Source: Klebsormidium nitens (taxonomy: Eukaryota > Plantae > Klebsormidiophyceae). From it: a stretch of DNA of 32,351 nt. Within the stretch, counting starts at the first letter, position 1, and each line of letters starts with the position of its first letter. Positions 1-12,100 of this stretch are shown one piece after another. The position numbers and the translations under genes are program-made. The notes beneath the pieces are model-generated. The model did no database searches and was not told the DNA's origin. It saw only the letters and a program-made list of their open reading frames with translations. The stretch is from NCBI GenBank assembly GCA_000708835.1, contig DF237746.1:1-32351 (forward strand). Reading direction: 5' to 3'.

Positions 1-194
1 TGATCTGCTCCTTCAATCCTCACCATTCATACATCATCCAAGGGCTCTGAGGCCAGAGAAGACAGCCAACGTGGACCCCATGTGATGTGGTGCTGCAGCA
101 CAGGGTCCCTGGAGAGCTTGCGCCCCATGGACCCTTCAACACCTTTCAAGTTGCGAAAGGTGATTCTGCCAATCCTACCATGTAGGAGTGTTTA

Positions 195-484
195 CCGTAG
201 TCCAACGTGATGATTCCGAACGATTTTATTTCGAACTATTTTCCAACAATCCGACCAGGAAAGTAGAATTATTTATGCTCATTCCGACCAAAATCCGAAT
301 GCCCTATGGTCTCACTCAAAAGGGGAATTTTAAGCTGCTTTTGGCAGTTTTACGGCTTCCGAGGACCATTTCAGAGTTATTTTGCGTTTCCGAATTTTCA
401 CTTTCCGAATGGAAAATCGGAGTTTCTGACTTTCCGAACGCAGATATTTATTTATTTATTCGGAATCATCACGTTGGACTACGG
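195..484. mobile_element. Non-autonomous Tc1/mariner-type MITE (290 bp, 26-bp perfect TIRs, TA target-site duplication)
   Basis: TACCGTAGTCCAACGTGATGATTCCGAA at 193-220 is the exact reverse complement of 459-486. Outer TA dinucleotides (193-194, 485-486) fit a TA TSD and the ends read CCGTAG...CTACGG. The AT-rich interior has about 10 copies of TCCGA(A) and no credible ORF. Confidence 0.85.
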
Positions 485-1716
485 TATAGTGCGGGTGGTG
501 GTTTTAGTGGCGACCAGTCTATTAGGCTCTGGCTGGCAGGGTCCTGGCAGAGCCGGCTGCAGGGCCGGCACAAAGCCGGCAGGGTGCCTTCGGCACCGGC
601 CGGGTTGGCAAATCTACCGGCCAGGTCCGCCCCAGCGTGCCGGCTGCGGGAAACCCTGAGTAGCCGGTACTATACTATAGTGGCCTCGCGCCCAGATGGC
701 CTTAATCGACGGACGTTAGTGCCCTCTCGGGCGCATCGGACGGCCAAGTTTCTGTCAGCAGGTGGATGTCAGAAAAGTTGTCAGAAATGTTCGAAGCGGA
801 ATTGCGCGCTCGCAATTCAGCTTGCATGCGGTTGTACTTCAGATGTTTAGATATGTTTCCACAGTGTGTTGACCAATCCAGTCTTGATGCGGGATGAATC
901 ACCAATCAGATTCTCGAACACTGATCAACAGCAGGTACCTAAGTTTACCTTGCTTGCTTTTCCCGCACAATTCATGGCCCCATGCCACAGCGCCATGCTA
1001 CCTAGAGCACTTCATTCGGCCCCGGGATTGGGGCCCAGCTTGTCAGGTCAATTGGTCATTGCTCATGTCATCACGGACAGATTACAGGGTGAAAGGAGTT
1101 TAATTCCTAGCTCTAGGTCTAGGCTGGAAGAGGCTGAGCGCTTCGTTTAGGAAAGATATTTAGACGGATGCAAGGACGAGCAAACAAACACGGTCATTCC
1201 TGCGAGCAAGATTACCCCGTTTTCTGTCTAGACGTCCCGCATCGTCCTGGCCCCCTGTGGTTGATATCTGTCTCCATGGAGATTTAACGGGCTAGAGGAT
1301 TATCTGCAGAAAGATTGTATTGACAGGATCTCTGCAAGGGGAAGCCTAGTTGAAGGCATAAGCGCGAAACCTATAGAACAGTTGCAGCTGGATTTTTGCC
1401 ACAGTATCAGTGGCTCATTCCTGCCTTAGCCGGCGCAAATTTCTTCAAAAGGTCAAAAGGACTTTGTACCTGATTCTGGGGGAACATAGCTCACTCAGGC
1501 TGAGACTCTACATAGGTAGGAGTAGAGCCCTACTTTCAAGAATGTGTTTTGAATGTTTTGAATGAACACTTCAAAGGTGCCTCCTCAGCTGCGACTCATT
1601 GGCAGCGCAGCAATGCGCCCTCCTAGAAAGCACTGGACCACCACGGTTTTGCAACCCCTGCTTATGGGCGCGTCAAACGGAGTGTAGCAAGGGTTTAATG
1701 AGCCCTGCAAACCAGC

Positions 1717-4700
1717 ATGGCGAGCAAGCATGTCAACATCCTCGAGCGCCGCACAATGGAGCTGCGCGCGCGGGACGAGGCGCTCGCAAACGCGCTCAAG
1801 GCGTTCAGCGAGCGCAGCAAGGAGCACGGCGGCGCCGATGCGGCCGACCGGCCGGGAAGCTCGGGAAAGAACAAGGCGCGGCTGAAAGTCGTGCGCGCAG
1901 TGGCGACGATAATGAAGCTCGCGAAAGTGCATGTCCAGGCAGACGTGGTGGCGCCCAAGCGGGACTCTGTGGAATCGAAAAAGCACTCCAAGCGGAGAGC
2001 AACGATCGATCCGGGGAGCGGTCACCCAGAGGGATCCCCGGAGAACTTGCCTGGGGGTGAAAGAAGGCCGAGTCACAAGCCGAACGGGCACAGCGAAAAG
2101 CTGACGGCTGTGCCGTCCTTTCGGAAGTTTGCTGCCAGCTCAGCGACCCGTGGATCAGGCCTCAAGGTCAGTGTTGCGCTTGGATCCGCCAGGGGGATGC
2201 TTATATGCAGCATAATGCAAGTTCCTGCTTTTGAAGCAACCAGCAATCCTCCGCTGTGAAATCTTCACCAATCTGCGTTCTGTTGATTGCATCATAGTCA
2301 CAGTGGTCACCAGTGGCTTCCTCCGTCCGTTGGGTTGCTTGCACGGAACAGATCAGAGAACTGTTCAAGGTGCAAATACGCTCGTACATTTGGTAGCCCC
2401 ACTTTGCTCGACGATCATTGCGGTGCTCGGCCCTTGCCAGACGAAGCAAGGATCAGACTTCAAACCATCACAAGGTTTCCTGCCCTGAATCGCCCAGAAT
2501 TTGTCCGTTTTATCAACCTTAGAAGTCCATCTTAGGGTCACCTGCGGATTCTCCTGCGGCCACCTCTACTACCTTTATTCCAGTCTTTCTTGAACGAGAT
2601 CTCATCGCTTCCGCGATTTAAGCCTCCCATTCCCTCCATTTGGTCAAAGGAGGAGAGAAAACACTAGTTGCAGGAAACATGAAGCATTTCATCTCGTTGC
2701 AGGATTCGTTGCGGGACCAGGTTCAACAAATGAGCCTCCAGGCGATGCGGCGGCTGTGCGAGACGCCGTTGGAGGAGCGCACGCCCGAGATCGTGGAGAA
2801 GATCTGTATCATGCTGCAGCAACTGACCCCACTCTTCAAGGACGTCACGCAGGGCGTGCTGGAGGAAGTGACGAAAGTCATGCGCGTGCAAGAGTACCAG
2901 GCATATACCAGCGGTGCGTAAATCTCAGTCTGCATTGCATTCTTTCAAGGTTTCGGGGCATTCAGGAAGCGACAAGAAGTCGGGTTCTACTCTCAGTCGA
3001 GGCTTTAGGGCGATCACGAGATGGTAGGGGCCATGTGCGTGCAGGGGTACCAGGCATACATCAGCGGTCCGGCGATCAGAAGTCTGCTTCCTCTACCCGG
3101 AATCCAGGTTTTGGGGTGTTCAGATTCATCGTCGGCTGTTTTCGGAAACCCACCCACAGAGAAAAAGGGTCATGCCGGATCAGAGTCTGATTGTGCAGCC
3201 GTCTAAGGTTGGGGCAAGTCGCAAGGTGACAAAAGTCGAGCGCGTGCAAGGGTACCAGGCATACACCAGCTAGTTTATGTTCCAATTCTGCTCTGGTTGA
3301 CTGGTCTCGGGCGGACAGAAAGTCACAGTTCTTGCTCTCCCTGGGTCGAGGCTTTGGGGCAACTGGAAATTGATAAGGGTCGTCCGCGGGCAGAAGCTCA
3401 AGGCCTACACTAGCGGTGCGCCGATGCGAGTTGGGTCTGCAAACGTTCTGGGGCATCGAGAAGCGGGGAATCTTCTCTGGAGGCCCTAGGCATAAGTGCT
3501 GTGTCTCTCGTCAAGTCACGTCAAGTATCAAGATTCAAGGACAGCCCGACTCACTCCGACCGAGTGCCGCTTTCGCGACACAGCACCACAAGCAGCCCTT
3601 CTAAGTTTCGTGTTCCTGACGAAAAAGCTCATGCAGATCAATCTCGTGGATCGTTTCTTTCAAGTTGCCAAACCCCGAGAGTTCACGGGAGTCAAAACTC
3701 CAACGGTTGACTCCCATACTAACAACGTTCTGTTTTATCACAGTGCACCATCAGAGCGAGCCGTCCACTGAGTTTTACATCATTCTTCGGGGAAAAGCGG
3801 AGGTTAAAATCGCAAACGGGAATCTGCTGAAGGCGGTCAACGTGCTCGCGCGGGGGGAGTATTTGTAAGTACCACCCACGGGAAGCAACTTGACCAGGAA
3901 GAAATCAGTGTTAAGCAAGCTTGGTCTGTGGTTGCTTCGAAGTTCCTTCTACCAAGAAAACTTGGTTCATTTCTGGTTCGATGCCTTTCAATCAATCGTG
4001 GATAAGGGCAAAACCTTTCTATGTTTTGTGGGGTTCAACCGACTGAAAGGAACTCACGATTGCAATCAATGTCAGTGCTCGGCGAAACTGCTCCTTACAT
4101 ATTGCTTTCAGAGTAAGTGCTTCTAAGAAGGCAGAGCTCGAGCTCTGAGCTGGTGACAGGCGTATTACGTTTGGGAGGCGATGAGAGAATCTTATGTGCG
4201 TTCACGTCTCCTTTGGAAGGTTCGGACAAACGTCGCCGTTTGTTGCTCTGCTCTCACACTACAGAGAGGTGCTATGTAGCTCAGCGCCTGTTCCAACGTC
4301 ACAAGTTGTTGGTCGAAAACGTTTTCACGTCGGAGTCTTTTGACGCGTTTCCAGCTTTGCACGCTGACCCACTTTTGGAACCGTGACTTCGCAAACGGCT
4401 GTCCTAGAAATTCTCCTTATTTCAACAGCTCGACCGTCCAAGAAGAATACAGCGAAATAACATTTTCGTCCTTCTAAGTCTAAGCATGGACTATCTTGCA
4501 GCGGTGAGATTGGACTTCTCAAGGGTACAAGACGATCAGCAACCGTCACTGCTCGGACGCGCATCGAGCTGCTCGTATTTGGGAAGGAAGACTTCGACAG
4601 ACTGTTCAGGGTCAGTCTGCGTTCCCTCTCGCCACTCTGGTTCTTACTTTGGCCGGATACGCAACGCGTACAAGCATTCAGAATAATGGAATCCTGAGAA

Positions 4701-7700
4701 GCTTCTGTCATACGAATCCAACGACTGCCGTCCAGTAAAGTCGGAAATCCGTCGCGTTTTTGCCTGAGCAGCCTTCCAACCTTTGAGCGAAGTTTGGGTC
4801 TAAAATCCAGTTGTCTCATATTCATAATGACTGACGAAAGTGCCCGAAGAACGGGTAGGGTTGGTTAGGGGGATTATGGGTGCGGACCGTATCTTTCCAG
4901 GTTCCGTTGGTTTTTTTATTTGCAACGGGCACGAGCCTCAGGCAAAGTGGTATAAGTCAACATCAAGTTGAGGTGTGTCTTGATCCGCACCCATCAAGTG
5001 GGCTCAGTTGCCGCGAATATTGGCGGCACTTAGCTCTCGTACTACTTTTACTTACGCTTTTTATCTGCTTCTCTGAAAGTAGCTCATGGCAGAGAATTCT
5101 CGAGACGGGCAGCACCCGTATATCCGCTTGTTAAAGGTGGCGAAAGCAGATATCCACTCTGATCAAGCGCTGAAGGTCGAAAAACGCTCTTTCTTTGTGA
5201 AGACTGTATAAGTCTGAAAGAAGGAAAGGCTGCTGATATGCCCCTGATTACGGCCAAGCACTGTCCGAAATGGACGCGTTCTAAACTTTCGTCACCGCTC
5301 ATCTCGCAGCCTCTTTTTGACCTGGCCCGCATCCGACGCGTCGAGTTCCTGCACTCCATCTACTCCTTCTTCAAGCTTCTCCCCGACGAGATAGAGAAGA
5401 TTGCCACCTTCTTCAGGCTTCGAGAGTGCGAAGACAAAACAGGTGCGCCTTTGCAGGAACGAAAAATACTCGGCTTCCTGAAGTATTGGTTTTCATTGTG
5501 AACAAGGTATAGCTGACGCGCCTTGAAGCAATCTGAGCGTATCGAGGTCCTGGTTTGCCTGGTTGGGACCAAACCCGTGCGCTCGCCAAAATAGGAGTAC
5601 GATTCCATATACATCCTGGTAGGGGACTCAAACCTCTGTGAAACAGTCAGCCTGTCCAACTAGAATGTCCTCCCCCTTGGAACTTTTGCGATGAAGGGTT
5701 TAGTATGGGGTCAAGGATTTCTCGTTTTTCGAAGCAGGGGTTTTGCTGGGGTTAATAGGGGGTTAGTCGCTCAAGTTTCGATCTCGGTCAACGCGGTCAA
5801 CCCGGTAAGGGTTTCGGCCAATAAGATCACGAATAAAAATGCCTTGCCGTTTTTGGAAGCATGTCATGTCCATAAGGGAGGCAACGAGCGGAATGAAACT
5901 GTGCTTTTTGAGACTCCTCACCGTCGCCGCAGTCAGTAATTGCATTTGCAGATACTGACCCCCTTATGAAGCCAATGATCGACCGTGTCTGGCGCTTGCG
6001 TGGCCGTGCAAGGAAGGGCCTCGACACAAAGGTCACAAGTGCCGTGCTGCCGTATCCATAACAAAGCGCTCTGTAACGTGTTGCAAGAGAGAGCCAACTT
6101 GGCATCCATCTGGATTAAGGTCCGCCTCCCCTCAGCAGTCAAAACGTCTGTTTGTAGCAAATAGCTGATTAGCATCGCGTCCCCGAGCTTATCGCCCCCT
6201 GACTTTCCAAGACCGGGCCGACTCCTCTGTCTCTCACCCCTGATTGTCCGATTACGCCTTCTCCTACTTACCGAAACCCTGGTATTGTTCATTTCTTAGT
6301 GATTAACGCGGAGGAGGAAGAGCGGTTGTACTTCATCATCGAGGGGGAGTGTCAGCTCAAGCATGCGCAGGGCGGGGACCTGCCCCCCGTCACTCTCGAC
6401 ACCGGAAACCCGGAGCTCGACGTGCCGTCCTTCTACAGGTGAATCGGTTGTTTCCAAATCCTGGAGGTTGAATCAACGCTGAAGCACAGTACAGAATACT
6501 TCTTGGAAACTTTGAATGACGGCGTGTCAAAGCTGCACGGTGCGTCCTCTTATAAGTTGTGCCGGAAAGTGACCGAAAACAATCATATCAGTAAAGATTG
6601 GCGGCGAGTCTCGGGTTTCATGAGATGTTCCTCAAGTAACAAGGTCCGACTTGTCCTTCGATACACGTGCACTGGACGTCCGAGCAGGGGATGGATCTGG
6701 TAAAGCATTCGCGATTACTTGGTAGCCATATGCCATTCTTCCGATGCAAAGAGAAGTTAAAAGCATTTTTGCGGGCATGCAATTGAAATGCAATGTCGAT
6801 GGACCGGACATCGGCGGAAAGGGCAGCGAGAGACTGAAAAGCTCCACAGAGCAACTGCAGAGCGCACAGAAACAGATAGAAATCTCCCACGAATCCTGCT
6901 TCTTGTCTCCGTCGATAAAACCCGCCTGCTTCTAGGCGATCTGCACTATCCCGTTTCCTTATCTGTCTTGCGACTTCTAATGGAACTCAAGGAAGGTGAT
7001 ACTTGGCCAAATAAAGAAACTACCCTCTTACACCGAAAGCCGATTAGTGCGCCTAGCTGCTCCGCACCTCTTCCCAGCCCAAAACAGAACCAACCCTAGC
7101 CGTCCCATTGAGATTACCTCCTTATTATTCTAGCTGATTATCATCACTCTCTTTCTTAAGTTCGCTTGATTTCTGTGCAGCGACGGGCGCACCATCTCCC
7201 GTTTGGGCCCCGGGGAGTTTTTCGGGGAGGGCTCGTTGTTCCCGCGCATGCGCCGCAACTGGTTGGTAGAAGCGCACGGGGCGACCAAGCTGTATTACAT
7301 CAACCGGATGGACCTCACAGCCCGTATCCTCTCGTGGCGCGCTCCAAAGTTTGCCAGCGTCAGCACTTTTACACGCCCCAACTTCAGGAGATACGCTAGT
7401 AATACAGCCACAAATGGGGCTGTTGCCCCTGCTTTCGCTCCCCTGGAAGGGGTAACGTGTCAATTTCTAAACGACGACAATTTAAGAGATGCGCCGTGAC
7501 ATGTTTTCCTGCTTGGTCTGCTTGCGTGCGCGGGTGGAGAGAGCAAGAGCAGTGGGCATGCTTTCTGTTGTTTCTTCCGCGCCGCTTGCTTGCGCCGTGC
7601 CCTGCTTCGAGGTTTTTTCAAACGACTGGTAGTATGAGCATCTATCTGGTGGAGTCGGTCCCGAAAATAGTTCGGCTCGCACCCGCTGCCTCCACTACTT

Positions 7701-9296
7701 TCAAAGCTCCAACGATGACGACATTCCAACGGAAAATCCCGCGAGCAGCAGTCAAACGTTGCGAAGACCGTTTAAGAGGGATTTGGAGTACAAGTGAGAT
7801 CCGAAAAGCCATCACCAAAGTAATAGCTCCTGTTGGATCAGATGCTGAGGCCGTATACGCACCCACTTTTCCTTGACTACGCTCCCGCTGACAGACGTCC
7901 TCCAAATGGTCTGGAAGTCGCTCGAGGAGGAAGCTGCCTTCCGGCTTGAGTACTTTGACGGCCGCCTCGCCGGGAAGAAACAGGTGAGAACCCCCAAACC
8001 CCACCGAACCCAACACTGCCTGCAAAAGGCTGGGCGCAACTTTGAGGGCAGCGTTCGGGGGTGAGTGTTCTCACAAGTCGCACTGCCGTTCGCTTTCAAA
8101 CCATCTGCGGGCTCTGCGGCCTGACGCGACCTTCATCTCGCTTTGGTTTGTTGCCTTCACGTTCTCCGGCGTCGACCCCGAGTGTGCTCTTGTTGGACGC
8201 ACCCGGTCACGATTTCATCCAGGCCTAAAACTTTGCCATGGCCCTCTTTCCGAATTCGCGCATTGATTCCCTTCATCATTCGCTGCCTCAACCAGTAAAT
8301 ATCCGCATCCACACCCATCGAAGTCTCAACGTCGCCGCTCGAGTTAATGATTCTCGTTTCCGTTGCTCCGTTCCAGTCGTTCAGCGACAAGTCCGGCCGC
8401 CCTCTGCACACGCTCGCGCGCCACGAACTCCTCGAAGAGTCTCTGAGCGCTGGCCTGTCGCCCGGCCTGGTCGACCCCCCGGGGGAGCTCACCGGAACAT
8501 TGAAGAGCGGGGAGAAGGCCCGGGGGGAGGAGGCGGCGCTCAAGCGGGAGGAGGCGCTGGCCGCGCTCAAGGCGGGGGTGGCGACCAAGCTGCGGGTGAG
8601 TCGCTAGAAGTGTCGCCCCTTTTTTTGTTGTTCGTTCTTTTGTTGCTTTCTTCTTTCCTGAGTTTGAGAGCATCCGATTGAGACGTCCGTCTTACCTTGC
8701 GGGCGTGGCATAGGCTTACTTGGATTGAGCAACGTGCAACCGCTCTCTGATTGTGGTACTATGCGATTGAGGACGACAGAGAATGGCTGTAAACTCCACC
8801 ATTTTTGCTCTCACTGCAGGATCTCGAAGCACGGCGGAGGTCGAAGTCTCACTTTTTAGCGTCCTTCAAGAGACTCGTTGATTCGCCTAACTGCGGGCTC
8901 CCTTCCGAGGCCTCGGGGGCGTCCCCTGAACACTTTTACAGCTTCTCCGCCCCCTGCTCTCCGGCGGGTCGACGCGATAACGTCAGCGTTTTTCGAGAAG
9001 GAGGGTTGCGCTCGTCCACAGTGTCATGGGGTGACCTAAGGTCCGAAGCAGGAAGCCCGTCGGAACGTAAGGGCAGGCGTGTTGATAAAATGAAAAATGT
9101 ATCTACATCTAGTCACCGCCCGGCGTCAGCTAGCTGCTTTGGCCCCCCGCGCTCCAAACCTCCGTCCGCGGAAACGAGCGGCGACGCGGCCAGCCCTGCG
9201 CGCCGGCATTCCACGGCAGCGCCGTGCGAGAAGCTCATTCCGCTGCGCACCGAGTCGTCACTGATTAGGAAGCTTAAGGCAGAGTACAGTATGTAG
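1717..9296 (+). CDS. Tandem cyclic-nucleotide-binding-domain (2x CNBD) protein, ~669 aa, 10 exons: 1717-2056, 2674-2913, 3744-3864, 4502-4610, 5310-5442, 6300-6438, 7181-7323, 7895-7983, 8377-8595, 8820-9296
   Basis: All introns GT-AG with consistent phases; CDS totals 2010 nt. CNBD-A reads VHHQSEPSTEFYIILRGKAEV...LARGEYFGEIGLLKGTRRSATVTARTRIELLVFGKEDFDRLF. CNBD-B reads EERLYFIIEGECQL...LGPGEFFGEGSLFPRMRRNWLVEA. The exon 1 donor (2057) and exon 7 donor (7324) are the least certain. Confidence 0.8.
2885..3420 (+). repeat. Four degenerate tandem copies of the exon-2 3' end plus donor site of the CNBD gene
   Basis: CGTGCAAGAGTACCAGGCATATACCAGCG|GTGCG (donor 2914) recurs at ~3038-3070 (GT at 3067), ~3241-3272 (donor lost) and partially at ~3401-3420 (GT at 3416). 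Spacer motif TCGAGGCTTT(A/G)GGGC is also repeated. Confidence 0.8.
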
Positions 9297-9773
9297 GTGC
9301 AGAAGCGCCTGCACATTACAGCGCACGCGTGTTGGGTCGCTTCTTAATCCTAGTAGATTTGTTTGATTACTAACCCTGTTATCGTGTTACTAACCGTCTC
9401 TGAAGGACCTTCAGATTGCTTTTGACTGAGCTTGTTTCCTTACCCTGAGTTACAAGCCGTGCAGATGATGCCAGTGGAGGAGTCGGCCTTCTGTTGAGCA
9501 CTCTCTCAGTGCAGCACCCTTCACTTCCTCGTTTAACATAATTATGCACGACCAGGTTGGGTCGATCATCCGGACGGTCAGAGAATTGCGTGCAGTATGC
9601 CTGTGCGTCAATGGTGTCAACCGCAGGTTTGACTTCGTGCATGTCAATGCATGACACATGATCGTTGCAAGCCTGACAAGCTTCGTTCAAGGAAGAAGTC
9701 TGGATCTACTTTGATCCTCATAACAAGGATGCCGATGCTAGCAAGCTAGTTGCATTGTAGACGGCAAACGGCG

Positions 9774-9820
9774 ATTTGGCATCTACATTTGGCTGCGATG
9801 TATGGATGTAGACGCCAAAT
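9774..9820. repeat. Short imperfect inverted repeat (15-bp arms, 17-nt loop) downstream of the CNBD gene
   Basis: ATTTGGCATCTACAT (9774-9788) versus ATGTAGACGCCAAAT (9806-9820): 14/15 complementary. Confidence 0.6.
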
Positions 9821-11217
9821 TCGAAATTTCACGAGCAGGCAGTTTGACTACACATGTAGCCGTCAGAAGTCTTCTTGGATCGTGATAAGGAGCTGATTGC
9901 AAAAATAATGCCGTCATAATGAAAGTTACATGAAGTAAGTAGTTGTGCGGTCCTCGAAATCAAAACGAAGTGGCAACCAATGTGGTCGCGCAGTGTGCTA
10001 GCACCCAGTGCTCACAGGGAGCTCTCACATCCTCTCAATTGTTGGTACCTTTTCGGGTGCATATAGGCCCGTTACGATACTTTCTATCTTTTATCCTCCT
10101 TATGGAGATGTATTTTCGTTTCGATTGAGGAGGCATCATTGTCCAATACGAATGGGATACGAGGGCTGAGCGCCCAGGTTGGAAATAATCTGTTTTTGCG
10201 TCATTCGATGATTCGTCCTTATCCATACGATCGCGTGTAGAAGAAGTGAGCATCAGTTTCAACATGCGAAGTGCTTATGGAATCATGCATGGTCATTGCT
10301 TCATTCCTCCAATCCTTCATCCACCCGTCATCCACCTGATTCACGAATTACTGCAACTTTGCATCAAAATGCTGAAATGCGAATCCCGGGAGAATTGGAG
10401 AATCCTGACTTGACGTGAAGGGTGACGGACTGACCATGAAATCTTTGACAGGTAAAAGCGCTCAGCAGCTCAGATCTGCCTAGAGGTACCAAATACGTAT
10501 GAGGGCTGATAGGCAATTATTAGGCTGGTACGTACTGGCTGCCATGGTGCAGCAATGTACAGTGTACTAGCTCCCGTAACTCGTCGATGACTTTAGATAG
10601 GCGCCCGGGAGATGGATAATGTTAGATGGGTGGTTAGGGTGGCTTCGAGTGGAGAACCTGCACGTACCCATGGGTTAGAGTTTTTCGTTTGGAGTGCCCG
10701 AGTAACTCGAATTCCGGGTCTTACTGTTTACGTCTGTTAGTTCATACAACAGTTACCAGTATGTGGTACTGACGGTAGGAACCAGGGTGCTACGGTCTAC
10801 CGGTAAATCTTCGCCGGGTTCACTGTTATACGCCTCGGTCGGATGATGTCGGATCCAAGAAGTTCACATTGACACTTTATGGGTTCGGTACTGTATCGGT
10901 GTAAGCCTTTTACAGGAGAAGTGTCATTTTGTCAAGGTTTCCCGATTTTGTCGCTCGGTCACTGCCATATTATCGCTAAATCAATAGCGGTCAATGTCAC
11001 GGACAAAGAAGAGCGGAGCCTGGAGGCCATTCAGACCGGATCGGACGGTTTGAATGCACGCAAATCGCGGACACCGTGGCATTCCGGGCAGAGAAATAGG
11101 CGTGAGCCCCGGGCAGGGTGAACTGGAGAACTCCCCGCGCCACCTACCAATCCTCTGGTAGGTAGGTACTCTCTTGACATCGGAGTCATGCAAGCCTGAG
11201 CATGATGTGCCAGTGCA

Positions 11218-11886
11218 GCAAAAGGGACAATCTACACTATTATATTAGTGTCTCCGGTCGATCTGTCAGGGTAAATACTCTCACAGGGCGTCGGCATTGG
11301 TTAATGGTCTGACATGTGTCAGAGTGGTCTGTTTGCTTGGATGCGGGACTCCGGTCCTCTTTGACCGGGCACCGGCCTGGTACCGAGCCACTTCCCGGGG
11401 ACCTCCTGGGGACCTCTCAGTTCCCGGTGACTGCCTTTTCAGTCTCAGTCACAGTCACAGTCTAGGTACCTCTTAAAGTGTCCATGGTGTCAAGACCCAC
11501 AGTATGAGTCAATTGGTTTCCGGCAGGTTAAAAAGCGCCACAGTTTACGGTCACAATCAAGGTTTAATCGTGTCTCAGTCTCAGTCACAGTTACAGTCTC
11601 AACCACAGTCACAGTGTCAATCCTAAAATCAAAGTTACAGTCACAGACACCGTTTAACCGTATTAGGTAGCTTAAAAAAGATTCAAAACTGATTGACACA
11701 GAAAGATTTGGCGGTCGTCCAGCTACCCGGCCGGCGATAGCAAGTGCCCGGATGACCGCTGTGCAGGTATGGTACCTACCGGCCAGCTTCATAGATTTGT
11801 TTCACTTATGGTCGCGGCACGGGAGGGTGTTAACACAGAAGAATTTCCGGAGACACTAATATAAAAGTGTACTTTGTCCTACTTGC
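11218..11886. mobile_element. Non-autonomous Mutator-like element (MULE), 669 bp
   Basis: 40-bp imperfect TIRs at 11218-11257 and 11847-11886 (34/40 complementary), flanked by an exact 9-bp direct repeat GCCAGTGCA (11209-11217 and 11887-11895), the TSD length typical of Mutator. No transposase inside. Confidence 0.85.
11440..11650 (+). repeat. CAGTCA/CAGTCT hexamer arrays inside the MULE
   Basis: CAGTCTCAGTCACAGTCACAGTCT at 11440-11463; longer degenerate arrays at 11572-11618 and 11634-11650. Confidence 0.75.
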
Positions 11887-12100
11887 GCCAGTGCATACCC
11901 CGGTACGTGGCAATGGCTGCTGCTGGTGTTGAACCTTTTGCTGACCTTCTGCTCGCTAGCGAGCCCCAGACTACCTAGGCAGGTTGCGAGTCCGACTGTG
12001 GCCACCATGACGGTCCACAGGTACGTCTCAAGCTGGAATGGATGGAAAATGGCATGAAGGCGAAATGAGAAGAGGCTGGGAACTCCCCTGGGGAGGCAGC

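Noticed and set aside
799-818. 8-bp GC-rich hairpin GAATTGCG/CGCAATTC as a possible Helitron 3' end or terminator
   Set aside because: No CTRR terminus at the expected distance, and bacterial terminators are irrelevant in this eukaryotic context.
188-850. 220-aa ORF and overlapping 117-aa ORF
   Set aside because: They run through the MITE and a GC-rich spacer, start at non-ATG codons and have no protein-like motifs.
2057-2166. Alternative longer exon 1 ending at the AG|GTCAGT donor (2167)
   Set aside because: It is phase 0 and does not join the phase-1 acceptor at 2674 without an extra exon I could not find; the 2057 donor was preferred.
4855-5800. G-rich telomere-like or G-quadruplex-like words (GGGTAGGGTTGGTTAGGGG near 4855; GGGTT runs near 5740-5815)
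   Set aside because: Too short and irregular for an interstitial telomere array.
11490-11792. 100-aa minus-strand ORF inside the MULE (possible Pack-MULE cargo)
   Set aside because: Largely a translation of the hexamer arrays (TVTVTETET); no transposase or host-gene similarity evident.
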